This document shows positions 10,549 through 21,744 of a stretch of 64,000 nt of DNA, one piece after another (within the stretch, counting starts at the first letter, position 1; every line of letters starts with the position of its first letter). A program made the translations under genes and the position numbers. A model generated the notes under the pieces. The model ran no database searches and had not been told where the DNA came from. It saw only the letters and a program-made list of their open reading frames with translations. This DNA comes from Candidatus Bathyarchaeota archaeon (GTDB taxonomy: Archaea > Thermoproteota > Bathyarchaeia > TCS64), in assembly GCA_963769425.1 (NCBI GenBank), contig CAVYLP010000006.1, positions 800,001-864,000 on the forward strand, given 5' to 3'.

Positions 10549-12099
10549 ATGCCCGAGACCCGCGGGGGATACATCCTCGCCCTCGACGAGGGGACGACGA
10601 GCGCCCGAGCCCTGCTCCTAAACCGCGAGGCGGAGGTCCTCTCTCAGGGCCAGTTCAAAATCAAGCAGTATTACCCATGCCCCGGCTGGGTTGAGCAGGA
10701 CCCGCGGGATATCTGGGGTGCCCAGCTTAGGGCAGCGAGGAAGGCAATCAAGGGAGCGAAGATTGCCCCCTCCGATATAGCGTGCATCGGTATCACCAAC
10801 CAGCGTGAGACCACTGTCCTCTGGGACAGGGAGACGGGTGAGCCCGTCCACAACGCGATAGTCTGGCAGTGCAGGCGCACCGCCGAGATCGTCGAGGCCC
10901 TCAAGCCACAGGCAGCCCTGATCAAGGAGAAGACCGGCCTCGTCCCCGACTCCTACTTCAGCGGGCCCAAGATCAGGTGGATACTCGACAACGTCCCCGG
11001 GCCTCCGACGGAGGGCGGAGAAGGGCGACGTACTCTTCGGCACCGTCGACTCGTGGCTCATCTGGAATCTCACGGGAGGAAGGGTCCACGCCGTCGACTA
11101 CTCGAACGCGTCAGCCGCACGATGCTCTTCGACATCAGGAGGCTCCGCTGGGACACTGAGCTTCTCGGGCTCCTCGGCGTCCCCGCGGCGATGCTCCCCG
11201 AGCCCCGCCCCGTCCAGCGGCGTAATCGGGTACACCGACACGAGGCTACTCGGCGCTAGCATCCCTATCGCTGGGGTCCTCGGCGACCAGCAGGCGGCTC
11301 TCTTCGGCCAGACCGCCTTCGAGCGCCGGCGAGGCGAAGTGCACCTACGGCACGGGGAACTTCATGCTCATGAACACCGGGCTCGAAGCCGGCGAAGTCG
11401 GAGAGGCTACTCACCACCGTGGCGTGGGGTATCGGCGGGGAGACGACCTACGCCCTCGAGGGGAGCGTCTTCGTCACGGGTGCAGCCGTCGAGTGGCTCA
11501 AGGACCGCGGGGTCGCCAAGAACGCCACGGGAGGCGGAGACCTCGCAGAGAGCCTCGCGGGCAACGACGGTGTCTACTTCGTCCCCGCCCTCACCGGGCT
11601 CGGCGCCCCCCACTGGGACCAGTACGCCGCGGCACCATCCTCGGCCTCACCCGTGGCACAGGCAGGGCACACATCGCACGCGCCACCCTCGAGGCCATCG
11701 CCTACCTCACCCGCGACGTCTCCGACGCCATGGAGGCGGAGAGCGGGATCAGGCTCCGCGAGCTACGCGTCGACGGCGGCGCTACCCGCAACGACTTCCT
11801 CATGCAGTTCCAGGCCGACATCCTTGGGAGGCGCGTCGTCCGCCCCACGAACACAGAGACGACCGCCCTCGGCGCCGCATTCGCCGCCGGACTCGCCGTC
11901 GACTACTGGAGCAAAGGACGAATTCGCGAAGATATGGCGCGCCGAGAGGGTCTACGAGCCCGATATGGAGAAAGCGGAGCGCGAGGGGCTCTACTCGAAA
12001 TGGGGCGAGGCCGTCACCCGGTCTCTCGACTGGGCCAAGACCGGAATGATTCTCGCGAATCAAGTTAAATGCCGGAGCCGTGCCACACTAGGCTGGTAA
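10549..12099 (+). CDS. glpK: Glycerol kinase (multiple frameshifts)
   Basis: [64 protein letters not shown]. Confidence 0.92.
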
Positions 12100-12107
12100 G
12101 TGAATCA

Positions 12108-13191
12108 ATGCCAGAGGAAGTAGCCTGGGTCAAGATCGAGACGCTTCGCAGCTTCATGGTCGACGTCTTCAAGAAGGTCGGCGTCCCCGACGGGCGACGC
12201 CGAGACATGCGCCGACGTGCTCATCGCCGCGGACAGGCAGGGCATAGACAGCCACGGCGTCAGCCGCCTCAAGCCCATCTACTACGACCGCATAATGGCG
12301 AAGCAGCAGCAACCCGACGACCAACTTCGAGGTCATCAGGGAGGGACCAACGACGGCGGTCGTCGACGGCCACAACGGCATGGGCATGGTCGTCGGCGAG
12401 AAGGCGATGGCGATGGCGATCGAGAAGGCGAAGAAGCTACGGCATGGGCATGGTCGCCGCCAAGAACAGCACCCACTTCGGCATCGCCGGCTACTACGCC
12501 CAGATGGCGGTCGACGCGGGGATGATCGGCATCGTCGGCACAAACGCGCGCCCCACCATCCCGCCCACCTTCGGCACCGAGAACATGCTCGGCACAAACC
12601 CCCTCACATTCGGTATGCCAAGCGACGAGGCCTTCCCGTTCATGCTCGACTGCGCCACCAGCATCATCCAGCGCGGCAAGGTCGAGGTCTACGCACGCGA
12701 TCGGCAAGAAGGTCCCCGAGGGCCTCGTCATCGACGCCGACGGCGAATACATGACAGACCCCGACGAGATACTCCGCGACCTGACCAAGGGCACGGCCGC
12801 CCTCCTCCCCATCGGCGGCCTCGAGGAGACGGGCGGCTACAAGGGCTACGGCTACGCCACCGTCGTCGAGATACTAAGCGCCAGCCTCCAGGGCGGAGCA
12901 TTCCTCAAGGCGCTCACCGGCACGAACCTCGGCCACTTCTTCATGGCGGTCGACGTCGAGGCCTTCACCGACCTCGACGACTTCAAGAAGACGACCGGCG
13001 ACATACTCCGCGGCCTACGCGCAAGCCGCAAGATGCCGGGCCACGACCGCATCTACACGGCAGGCGAGAAGGAGTACCTCACCTGGCCGGAGCGCAAGAA
13101 GACGGGCATCCCCCTCAACAAGAGCCTCCAGAAGGAACTCGCCCAGCTCAGTGACGAGTGCGGCCTCAAGAACTACCGATTCCCCTTCTAA
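12108..13191 (+). CDS. Ldh_2 family (malate/L-lactate/ComC-like) oxidoreductase (frameshifts)
   Basis: GIDSHG, NSTHFGIAGYY, LGTNPL, LDCATS, GGYKGYG. Confidence 0.9.
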
Positions 13192-13426
13192 GCCACGGAG
13201 AGTAATCCGAGTCCCCAGACGGGCAACTCGACACCACACACTTTATAGCGGATTTCCTCCGACTGCCACGTCGCCGTCAACGAACCCGGAAAAACACCCT
13301 AAACCATAAAACCGGTTAAAATAACCGGAAACGCGACGGCGGCGAAGGGACTACACCTCTCCCCCCATACACGCACGCGATGACAAATAATATCAACACC
13401 CCCACCCCCATCAAGACGAATCCACG

Positions 13427-14587
13427 ATGAAGATACTCGAAGACATTAAGGTCCTAGACTTCACACACGTCTGGTTCGGACCCTACTGCACCATGATGCT
13501 CGCCGGCCTCGGCGCCGACGTCATCACCGTCGAACCCCCATGGGGCAACATCGGCCGCCTCGGCCCTGGAGAACTCTACAAGGGCACAAGCACCAGCTTC
13601 ATGGCCGTCAACTGCGGCAAGAAGGGCATCGCCATCGACATGAAGAAGCCCGAGGGCATCGCTCTCGTCAAGGAGCTAGTGAAGGAGTCCGACGTAGTCA
13701 TCCAGAACTTCGCCCCAGGCGCCATGGAGCGCCTTGGACTCGGCTACGAGGAACTAAAGAAGATAAAACCCGACATAATCTACGCCGCCCTAAGTGGCTT
13801 CGGCCAGTATGGCCCATATAGCAAGTACGGGAGCTACGCCGTCGTCGCGGAGGCGATGAGTGGCCACACATATGCCACAGGCAAAGGCATCAGTGAGGAC
13901 CACGAGCCCGTCCAAATGGCCGGCGCCCTAGGCGACATCGGCCCCGGAGTCTTCGCCGCCTTCAGCATCGTAGCAGCCATCCGCCACCGCGACAAGACCG
14001 GCAAAGGCCAGATGATCGACGTCAACCAGGTCGACACTATGGTCAGCTACAACTGCTGCGAGATAGTAGCATACGACCTCTTCAAGGAGAGTCCAATAGA
14101 GAGGCGGAAGAAGCGCGCCCGCCCCCCCAGCGAGCTCTGGGGCATCGTCGCGGTCAAGGATGGCTGGGTCCAGATAGCAGGCAGCCGCCCCAAAGCCGTC
14201 GAGGAGATGAAAGCAAAGCTTGGCGTCGAGGAAGTCACCCTCGACTTCGTCAAGGAGAAGCTCTCCACAATGACGAGGAAGGAGGCCTTCGAGTGGCTCG
14301 TCAGCTTCGACGTGCCCAGCGCCCCAATCTACGAGGCCTATGAGGGATTCGACGACCCCCACCTCCAGGCGCGGAAGACCTTCGTCGAGGTCCCCCACCC
14401 AATCGCCGGCAGCTATAGGATACCCAAGTTCCCCGCCGAGTTCAGCGAGACACCCGGCGAGATAAAGACAGGCGCCATAGTCCTCGGCCAACACACAGAA
14501 GAGGTCCTCAAGACGGTGCTGAAGAAGACGCCGAAGGAGATCGAGGAACTCGAGCAGAACGGCGTCGTCACGATCTGGAGGCCGTGA
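13427..14587 (+). CDS. CoA-transferase family III (CaiB/BaiF/Frc-like)
   Basis: IKVLDFT, GPYCTMMLAGLGADVI, QNFAPG, SGFGQYGP, catalytic Asp in ALGD, LGQHTEEVL. Confidence 0.93.
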   Translation: MKILEDIKVLDFTHVWFGPYCTMMLAGLGADVITVEPPWGNIGRLGPGELYKGTSTSFMAVNCGKKGIAIDMKKPEGIALVKELVKESDVVIQNFAPGAMERLGLGYEELKKIKPDIIYAALSGFGQYGPYSKYGSYAVVAEAMSGHTYATGKGISEDHEPVQMAGALGDIGPGVFAAFSIVAAIRHRDKTGKGQMIDVNQVDTMVSYNCCEIVAYDLFKESPIERRKKRARPPSELWGIVAVKDGWVQIAGSRPKAVEEMKAKLGVEEVTLDFVKEKLSTMTRKEAFEWLVSFDVPSAPIYEAYEGFDDPHLQARKTFVEVPHPIAGSYRIPKFPAEFSETPGEIKTGAIVLGQHTEEVLKTVLKKTPKEIEELEQNGVVTIWRP

Positions 14588-14611
14588 GGCCCCAATCATT
14601 TTAAAAAACTC

Positions 14612-15016
14612 TTACCTCATTGGAAAGGACCATCGAAGGATGTCCTTCACCGACTTGTCCACGTAGTCACCGCACCGCTGGGCGATGTCCCGCGTCGTTA
14701 TGACGCCGTAGATGATGCCGCCCTTCACGACGGCGAGGCGGCGCACGTTCTGCTTCGCCATCATCTCGGATGCCTTGATCAGGTCCTCGTCGGGGTCGAC
14801 GGTCACGAGCGGAGTGGACATGACGTCCGCTACCATCGTCTTGTCGAGGTCCTTGCTGACGGCAACGACCTTCGCAACGATGTCCCGGGATGCGACCATC
14901 CCCTTCGGCGTCCCCTTGTCGGTCACTATGATGTAGGCGTGCTCCCCCTCAGCTATCATCTTCGCGGCCTCGCGCACCGAACGGCCGACGTCGATGGTCA
15001 TGAAGGTCTTGTCCAT
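14612..15016 (-). CDS. Stand-alone CBS-pair protein
   Basis: Two CBS repeats (SVREAAKM..., VADVMSTPLVTV..., VRRLAV); frame open upstream to about 15040. Confidence 0.88.
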   Translation of the reverse strand: MDKTFMTIDVGRSVREAAKMIAEGEHAYIIVTDKGTPKGMVASRDIVAKVVAVSKDLDKTMVADVMSTPLVTVDPDEDLIKASEMMAKQNVRRLAVVKGGIIYGVITTRDIAQRCGDYVDKSVKDILRWSFPMR

Positions 15017-15085
15017 GTAGTCCTTTACCTTGTATGACGTTTTACATCACTCAGGTCAACGGCGGGGAAGGGGGGTTTATACACG

Positions 15086-15957
15086 TTACCACCCGGCGCC
15101 TAGTAAGTATATGGTATCGGTCTTCTTCCCAACGATGCCCATGAAGGCATCCCGGTACCTCTCCGGAGCCGCCAAGCTGTGCATGTATGGCAGTCGTACT
15201 CTACCTTCAATCTCCTCGACACTCGGAACCACCTTTCGGGATGTATTTTCAAGCCGAGTTCGTTCCTCAGCGCATCGAAGACGGCCGGGTTTGACAGGGC
15301 TGACCTGCCAATCATGACGCCCACAACGCCCATGTCCTGGAGGAGCCTCACCTTCTCGGCGGAGTCGATCCCCCCGTTCGCGATTACGGGATGCCGCGAG
15401 CCGCCTCGACGCACTCGGGGAAGACCGAGTAGTCGTCCGCCTCACCCGACTCCTGCGAGGCGGTCTTCGCGTGGACGACGAAGAAGTCCGCGTCGACGCC
15501 GCGGAGGCTGTTCAGGTAGACCTTCTGCGACTTCTCGTAGGCATTCGTGCCGAGCCGTATCTTTAGGGACGCCTTGTAGCCGTGTCCGTGTATGATAGAG
15601 ACGAGCCTCCCCGTCTTCGCGGCTCTCTTGATCATCGCCGCCCCCTTCCCCCGTCGTATGACCTCGGGGCTCGGGCAACTCAGGTTGAGGTTGAAGCCAT
15701 CGAACCCGGGGAAAGGCTCGAAGCCGCTGCAAGAAGGCCTCAAGGTGCTCCTCCTTGCCAGTGAGCAGCTGTATCTGCACCGGCGTCGAGTCGCGGACCG
15801 CTATCTTCTCCAGCGCCTGCCTGTTCCCCCTGAGGAAGCTCTCGACGTGTGCCATCTCTGTGAAGGTGAGGTCGGCCCCGTGGCGGTGGCATAGCGTCCT
15901 CAGGACCCCATCCGAGTAACCCTCGAGCGGCGCGAGCATGAAGCGGAACAAGGCCAA
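15086..15957 (-). CDS. tRNA-dihydrouridine synthase family protein (frameshifted)
   Basis: LAPLEGYSD, FTEM, NLNLSCP, KIRLG, VHAKT, IANGGI, VMIGRSALSNP across three frames. Confidence 0.88.
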
Positions 15958-16005
15958 CGAATAGAATCGGCAGCCCGGGATATATGAGTGAAACGCGGCA
16001 GTGCG

Positions 16006-16576
16006 TCACTTGGAGACGAATCTGTTTCCCGGGACGTAGAACCTGAGCTCCTCGGGTAGGTCCTTCGTCACCCCGATCCTGTGGCTCGTGCAGTAGTCGG
16101 CGACGCAGGGGGCGTCGAGTATGTGGACGGGGCTGTCCGGGTCGGTGACGGGGTAGCCGTTCAGCTCCCTGGTCACCCCGAGGGCGAGTGTGAGCTTCCC
16201 GGGTCCGTTCGCCAGCTCCCTGTCGTCCTCCACTGGGCGGAGCCTCCTCATCGTCTTCAAGCCGTCAAGCTGGCTCTATTGCCCTGAACAGGACGCCTCC
16301 CACCTCGTCCACTCGGTGAGCAATCACGTTAAGCATCCAGTACTTGTGGACGTTATAGATGAAGAGGCGCCCCGGCGGGTTCCACATCGGGGAGTTGTAG
16401 TTCTTCCTCCCGTGGAAGGCGCGGCTAGCCGGGTCGGCGAGCCCGTGGTACGCCTCCGTCTCGACCACCACGCCACCGAGCCTTTCACCGTCAAGGACTC
16501 TGATCAGCTTCTTCCCAAGGAGGTCCCGCGCCACGTCCTCTGGGCTCCTCTCGTAGAACTCCAGCTGGGAGAACAT
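16006..16576 (-). CDS. DNA-3-methyladenine glycosylase (MPG/AAG family), frameshift near 16262
   Basis: VARDLLGK, VVETEAY, LFRAIEP, LANGPGKLT, RIGVT. Confidence 0.92.
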
Positions 16577-16733
16577 TCTGATCTAGACGCCAATTCATTC
16601 GACTCCTAAGAGGTTATTTTAGCGGCGCAATATAGAATGATACCCAACATGCCGAGCCGGATCACAAAACAACTTCCTCTTCGGGGAAGACCCTAAGAGG
16701 CGCTCCGAGCAGCTAATGGGGGAGACGCAGGGC

Positions 16734-17519
16734 GTGGACTCATCAAGCTGGCTTGTCATCCTCCGCGAGGCCGCGGACGCAATATGCTTCAGCCATCGCG
16801 GAGGTGCAGCCGAAGGGTGTAGGGCTTGAAACTCGGGACTATAAACACATGCTCGACGAGGCGGCCCAGAACGCGCTAGTAGACGCCCTAAGCAGTCGAG
16901 GCGTCTCCGCCCAACTCATCAGCGAGGAGGGAAATGTCCTCGTGGGGGGCGGGGGACCAACCGTCATTGCCGACCCCATCGACGGCACGACGAACCTCGC
17001 GAGGGGCCTACGCCACGCGGTGACGTGCCTCTCGTCTCGGAGAACGGCCTCGAATCCGGAACCCTCGCCGCAGTGGTCAGGGATGTCTACACTGGGGACA
17101 TCTACGCCGCCGAGCCCGGCGAGAGGGCAACACTAAACGGCTACCCGATACGGGTCGCAGCGCCGAGGCAGGCGAGGTCAGCCCTCGTCTCGATGGATAT
17201 AAGCAAGACTCCGAAGCTGGATCGCGTCACCCCCCTCCTCAACGCCTGCAGGTACATCAGGATGTTCGGAAGCTCCGCCTCCGAGCTCACACTGATAGCC
17301 TCGGGGGGATTCGACGCCCACGTGGACATACGCGGTACGGTACGGGCCACGGACGTGGCCGCTGCCCTCACGATACTGAAGGAGGCAGGTGGTGTTTATG
17401 CCGTTCAGAGTACCATCGGCGGAGACTTCACACTGACAAAGGAGACGACGATGGAACTCGTTGCTGCGTCCAACATGCCGCTCCTAGACGAGCTCCTCGC
17501 CCTCACGAAGTGTCCCTGA
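16734..17519 (+). CDS. Inositol monophosphatase / FBPase family protein (frameshifted)
   Basis: ISEE, DPIDGTTN, RMFGSS, DVAAA motifs. Confidence 0.85.
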
Positions 17520-18201
17520 TGCTGTTCGGATCCCTAATTCGCGCGACGTTAAGGGCCCGCTCAAACAGGTTTGTGGGCCTCGCCGAGGTCAATGGGCGTG
17601 GAAGAGTGCTTCATAGCGAACCCGGGGAGGATGAGAGAGCTTCTGGTTCCAGGGGCCAGCGTCTACCTCAGGAGATGTGAGTTTCATCTGAGGAGGACGT
17701 GCTGGGACCTCACCCTCGTCGACCATGGTCATTTCCTCGTCTCTGTCGACTCAAGGGTCCCCAACGACGTTGTCGAGGAATCAATCGAGGCGGGCATCGT
17801 CCGAGAGTTCCACGGCTATCGGGTCGACCGACGCGAGCCTGGCTTTGGGGACTCGCGCCTCGACTTCCAACTCACCAAGGGCTCCTCACACGCATTGGTC
17901 GAGGTGAAGTTGTGCACTCTCTTCGTCGACGGAGTGGCCCTGTTCCCTGATGCCCCAACCAAGCGCGGGGCGCGCCATCTACGGGCCCTCGGTGAGCCCC
18001 TGCGCCTCGGGAGGAGCGCCATCGTCTTCTTCATTAAACGCAGCGACGCCTACTCCCTCAGCCCGAATGAAACCACCGATCCCGCCTTCGCGGAGGCTCT
18101 TCGTGGCGCCCTCCTTAAAGGCGTGGAAGTGGTACGAATACGACTCCAAGGTGACCCTAGAGGGCATCAGTATTAACAAACGCGTGCCGGTCGACATTTA
18201 A
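17510..18201 (+). CDS. sfsA: SfsA-family DNA/RNA nuclease (frameshifts near both ends)
   Basis: RSNRF, NPGRMRELL, SRLDF, VEVK, FPDAPTKRGARHL. Confidence 0.9.
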
Positions 18202-18357
18202 CCGCAAATTCAAATTAACACAATTAAGGTAAAACTGGATCAGAAAATAACGGATAATTGAAGTATACTAGTTAAAAAACGGCTTTTTCCACTAATGTGC
18301 CCATAGGAACCGTTTTTAAGCTTCTCGACCACGTTATCAACCGTTAGAGGTCGCTCA

Positions 18358-18666
18358 ATGGGTAAGAAGAAGGTACTGAGCGAAAAGGACCTGCACGAGA
18401 TGGTCCTCCCCAGCAAGAACGACGTGCTAGGCGTCGTCCAGAAGATGCTGGGATTTGACAGGGTGATGGTGAAGTGCCAGGACGGGAACATACGAGTATG
18501 CCGCATAAGGGGCAAGATGAAGCGCCGCACCTGGATAAGGGAAGGAGACATAGTCCTAGTCAGCCCCTGGGACTTCCAGAGCGAGGAACGCGGCGAGATA
18601 TTCTGGCGCTACACCCAGAATCAGGTAGAGGAGCTAAGACAGAAAGGCATACTGAAAATAGAGTAG
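18358..18666 (+). CDS. eif1A: Translation initiation factor aIF-1A
   Basis: VCRIRGKMKRRTWIREGDIVLVSPWDFQ. Confidence 0.97.
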   Translation: MGKKKVLSEKDLHEMVLPSKNDVLGVVQKMLGFDRVMVKCQDGNIRVCRIRGKMKRRTWIREGDIVLVSPWDFQSEERGEIFWRYTQNQVEELRQKGILKIE

Positions 18667-18678
18667 GCTGATACCCAC

Positions 18679-19473
18679 GTGCCAAGCCAGGACAAGATCG
18701 AGCGCAAGGCCGAGACGCTGCAGAGGAACTACGAAAAGAAAGACCTGATGTTGAACAAGAATCAGGAGGAGTTCAACGTCAGCGAGGCGGTCTTCGACCG
18801 GCCGACCCTGGAGGGCATTCTGAACCTAATCCAGCACAAGAGAATAGACAAGATCAAGGGCGTCCTCAAGGCCGGCAAGGAGGCCCACGTCTTCTGGGGG
18901 ACAGCCGTCGACGGGAAGGAGATCGCCATCAAGATCTACTACACGACGACGTCCGAGTTCCGCAAGGGAATGATGAAGTACATAGAGGGGGACCCCCGCT
19001 TCAAGCACATCCGCTCAGACAACAAGAGCCTCGTCTACGCTTGGGCGCAGAAGGAGTACAGCAACCTCCAGCTAGCCCAGCAGGGCGGCGTAAACTCCCC
19101 CCGCCCCATCGCCTTCCTCAAGAACATACTCGTAATGACGTTTATAGGGATCGACGGCGTACCCGCTCCACTGTTGAGGGAGCTGCCGCTGGACGATCCG
19201 ATCGACTTCTACGACAGACTCACAGACGAGATGAGGGCCCTCTACCAGAAGGCGGGGCTCGTCCACGGCGACCTAAGCGAGTACAACATCATGGTCTGGG
19301 AGAAGAAGCCAGTCATATTCGACCTGAGCCAGGCGATGCTCATCAACCATCCTCTGGCACCCAGCCTCCTCCAGCACGACGTGGAGACCGTGAACGCATA
19401 CTTCACGAGGCTAGGAGTCCAGGTGTACGATAACAAAGAACTATTGGAGTGGGTGAAAAGTGGAGAAGCGTAA
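18679..19473 (+). CDS. rio1: RIO1 atypical kinase/ATPase
   Basis: GKEAHVF, AIKIY, WAQKEYSNL, LVHGDLSEYN, FDLSQ. Confidence 0.95.
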   Translation: MPSQDKIERKAETLQRNYEKKDLMLNKNQEEFNVSEAVFDRPTLEGILNLIQHKRIDKIKGVLKAGKEAHVFWGTAVDGKEIAIKIYYTTTSEFRKGMMKYIEGDPRFKHIRSDNKSLVYAWAQKEYSNLQLAQQGGVNSPRPIAFLKNILVMTFIGIDGVPAPLLRELPLDDPIDFYDRLTDEMRALYQKAGLVHGDLSEYNIMVWEKKPVIFDLSQAMLINHPLAPSLLQHDVETVNAYFTRLGVQVYDNKELLEWVKSGEA

Positions 19474-20050
19474 CTACATCAGAATACCACACGACAGGGT
19501 CGGCGTCCTGATCGGCCCTGAGGGTAAAGTCAAGGCCCGTATAGAGAAGACGTTCAAGGTCAACCTCGTCATAGAGAGCGACTCGGGGAACGTCGAGGTC
19601 GTCCTCAACAAGGATCAGCCAGACGTCTCCATAATCTTCACCGTCGCTAACATAGTCAAAGCTATCGGGAGGGGATTCAGCCCCGAACGCGCTATGCTCC
19701 TCAGCAACGAGGACTTCGACCTATCCATAGTCGACCTCGAGGAGCATGTAGGTCCCACCCACAGCGCTCAGGAGAGGGTTAAGGGCCGCATAATCGGCAA
19801 GGAGGGGAAGAGCAGGGCCCTCATCGAGGAGCTCACCGAGTGCCAGATGAGCGTCTACGGCAGTACAGTCGCCCTCATAGGCAACATCGAGTCCCTCCCG
19901 GCGGCCACCGAGGCAGTGATGATGCTCATCCGAGGCAAGTTCCACAAGACGGTCTACAACTACCTCTTCGCCTACCGCCGCCAGCTCAAGAAGGACCGCG
20001 GCGAGATCTGGTATGACCAACCTCCGCCGACGTCCGAGAGGAAGGGATAA
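19460..20050 (+). CDS. KH-domain pre-rRNA processing protein (Dim2/Pno1-like)
   Basis: GVLIGPEG, AIGRGFSPE, GRIIGKEG, GKFHKTVY; conserved position between rio1 and top6B. Confidence 0.93.
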   Translation: MEKRNYIRIPHDRVGVLIGPEGKVKARIEKTFKVNLVIESDSGNVEVVLNKDQPDVSIIFTVANIVKAIGRGFSPERAMLLSNEDFDLSIVDLEEHVGPTHSAQERVKGRIIGKEGKSRALIEELTECQMSVYGSTVALIGNIESLPAATEAVMMLIRGKFHKTVYNYLFAYRRQLKKDRGEIWYDQPPPTSERKG

Positions 20051-20051
20051 C

Positions 20052-21744
20052 ATGGTACAGTCACAGGAGACGGAGTACCAGGCAGTCAGCCCTAGCGACT
20101 TCTTCTACCGCAACAGGGAGATCGCGGGATTCAGCAACCCCAGCCGCGCCATCTACGTCGGCGTCAGGGAGCTCCTCGAGAACAGCCTAGACGCCTGCGA
20201 ATCCGCCCAGATCCCGCCCGACATCTACCTACGCATAACCGAGCTCAGCTGCCAGCAGCGGCGAGAACGGGACAGCCGTCTACCTCCTCAGGATACAGGA
20301 CAACGGCACCGGCGTCCCCGCGGAGGAGATACCCGCCTGCTTCGCCCAAGTCTTCTACGGCTCCAAGTACACCCTCAAGCAGAACCGCGGCACCTTCGGC
20401 ATGGGCGGCAAGATGACCATCCTCTACGGGCAGATTACCACCCACAAGCCCGTCGTCGTCACATCGAGCACCGGGGACGAGATCCACGAGTACGAGATGA
20501 TGATGGACATCCAGAAGAACCAGCCACAGGTCCTCAGGCACACGACCCTCGCAAACGAGAAGGGGTGGAGAGGTACCATCGTCGAGCTCCAGATCGAGGG
20601 CGACTATCCCCGAATCATGAGTCGCATGATCGAGTACATCCGCCAGACCGCCATGGTCAACCCCTACGCCGACATCACCTTCATTGACCCAAAGAACAGG
20701 CTCTACCGATTCGAGAGGGGCACTACGCAGATGCCCCCAGTCCCCCAGAGGGTCAAGCCCCACCCGCACGGTATAGACGTGGAGACATTACGCAGGATGC
20801 TCCTCGTCACAAGGTCCCGGGACATGAAAAACTTCTGGATCGATCACTTCCAGGGAGTAGGCCCCAAGACGGCGGAGAAGTACCTCGCCTTCGCCGGGAT
20901 AAAGACGGAGACGAAGCCCGCTAGCCTCTCGTCCGACGACATAGTCAAGCTCGTGCGCGCTGCGAAGGAGTTCCAGGAGTTCTACCGACCCGACGCGAGC
21001 TGCCTAAGCCCCATCGGTCCAGACCTCCTAGAGACCGGCATCAGAAAGGAGCTAAACCTCACAGAGGCCGACTTCATTAAGACGGTGCAGCGGCCCCCGG
21101 CAACGTACAGCGGCTACCCTTTCATCGTGGAGGCAGCCGTAGTCGCCGGGCCTACGGTCCGAAAGATAGGCAACGGCATCACCCTCTACAGGTTCGCCAA
21201 TCGCATCCCCTTGCTCTTCGACGAGTCGAGCTGCGTCACCTACAAGGTCATCTCGAAGGACATCAACTGGAAGACCTACAACGTCCAGCAGGACACGCCC
21301 CTCGTCGTGGCGATCCACCTCTGCTCGACCAAGATCCCCTACAAGAGCGTTGGTAAGGAGTTCCTCGCCGACCAGATCGAGGTCGAGAAGGAGATCACGA
21401 ACGCCGTCAGGGAGGCGGCGCGCGACCTGCGCATATTCATCAGCCGCAGCGTGAAGATGGAGAGGCAGAAGCACCGCCTCAACATATTCGGCAAGTACCT
21501 CCCAAAGATAGCGGAGTTCGCTATGAAGCTCGGCGACAAGAGCGAGCCACTCGACGTTCAGAGGCTCCTCAATGAGATCCTCGTCGTGAACCAGAAGGAG
21601 GAGGATGAGGAGAACGGCATCGAGGAGATTGGCAACGGGGAGGAGAACGGCAATGGTGTGCTGCCCCCACCCGATGAGGAGACATCGGACGAGGAGCTGG
21701 AAGAGGAGCTGAAGGAGGAGAAACTCGATGGCGAAGCGAATTAG
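20052..21744 (+). CDS. top6B: DNA topoisomerase VI subunit B (frameshift near 20250)
   Basis: FFYRNREIAGF, ELLENSLDA, DNGTG, GSKY, RGTFGMGG, KPHPHG, RFANRIPL. Confidence 0.96.

Noticed and set aside
1-20400. Numerous frameshifts (MFS, rbr, tupA/B, moaA, glpK, Ldh_2, dus, mpg, IMPase, sfsA, top6B) suggesting pseudogenes or programmed frameshifting
   Set aside because: They hit normally essential genes such as top6B, leave motifs intact, show no shared slippery site and thin out along the window; this fits indel errors in low-coverage long-read consensus
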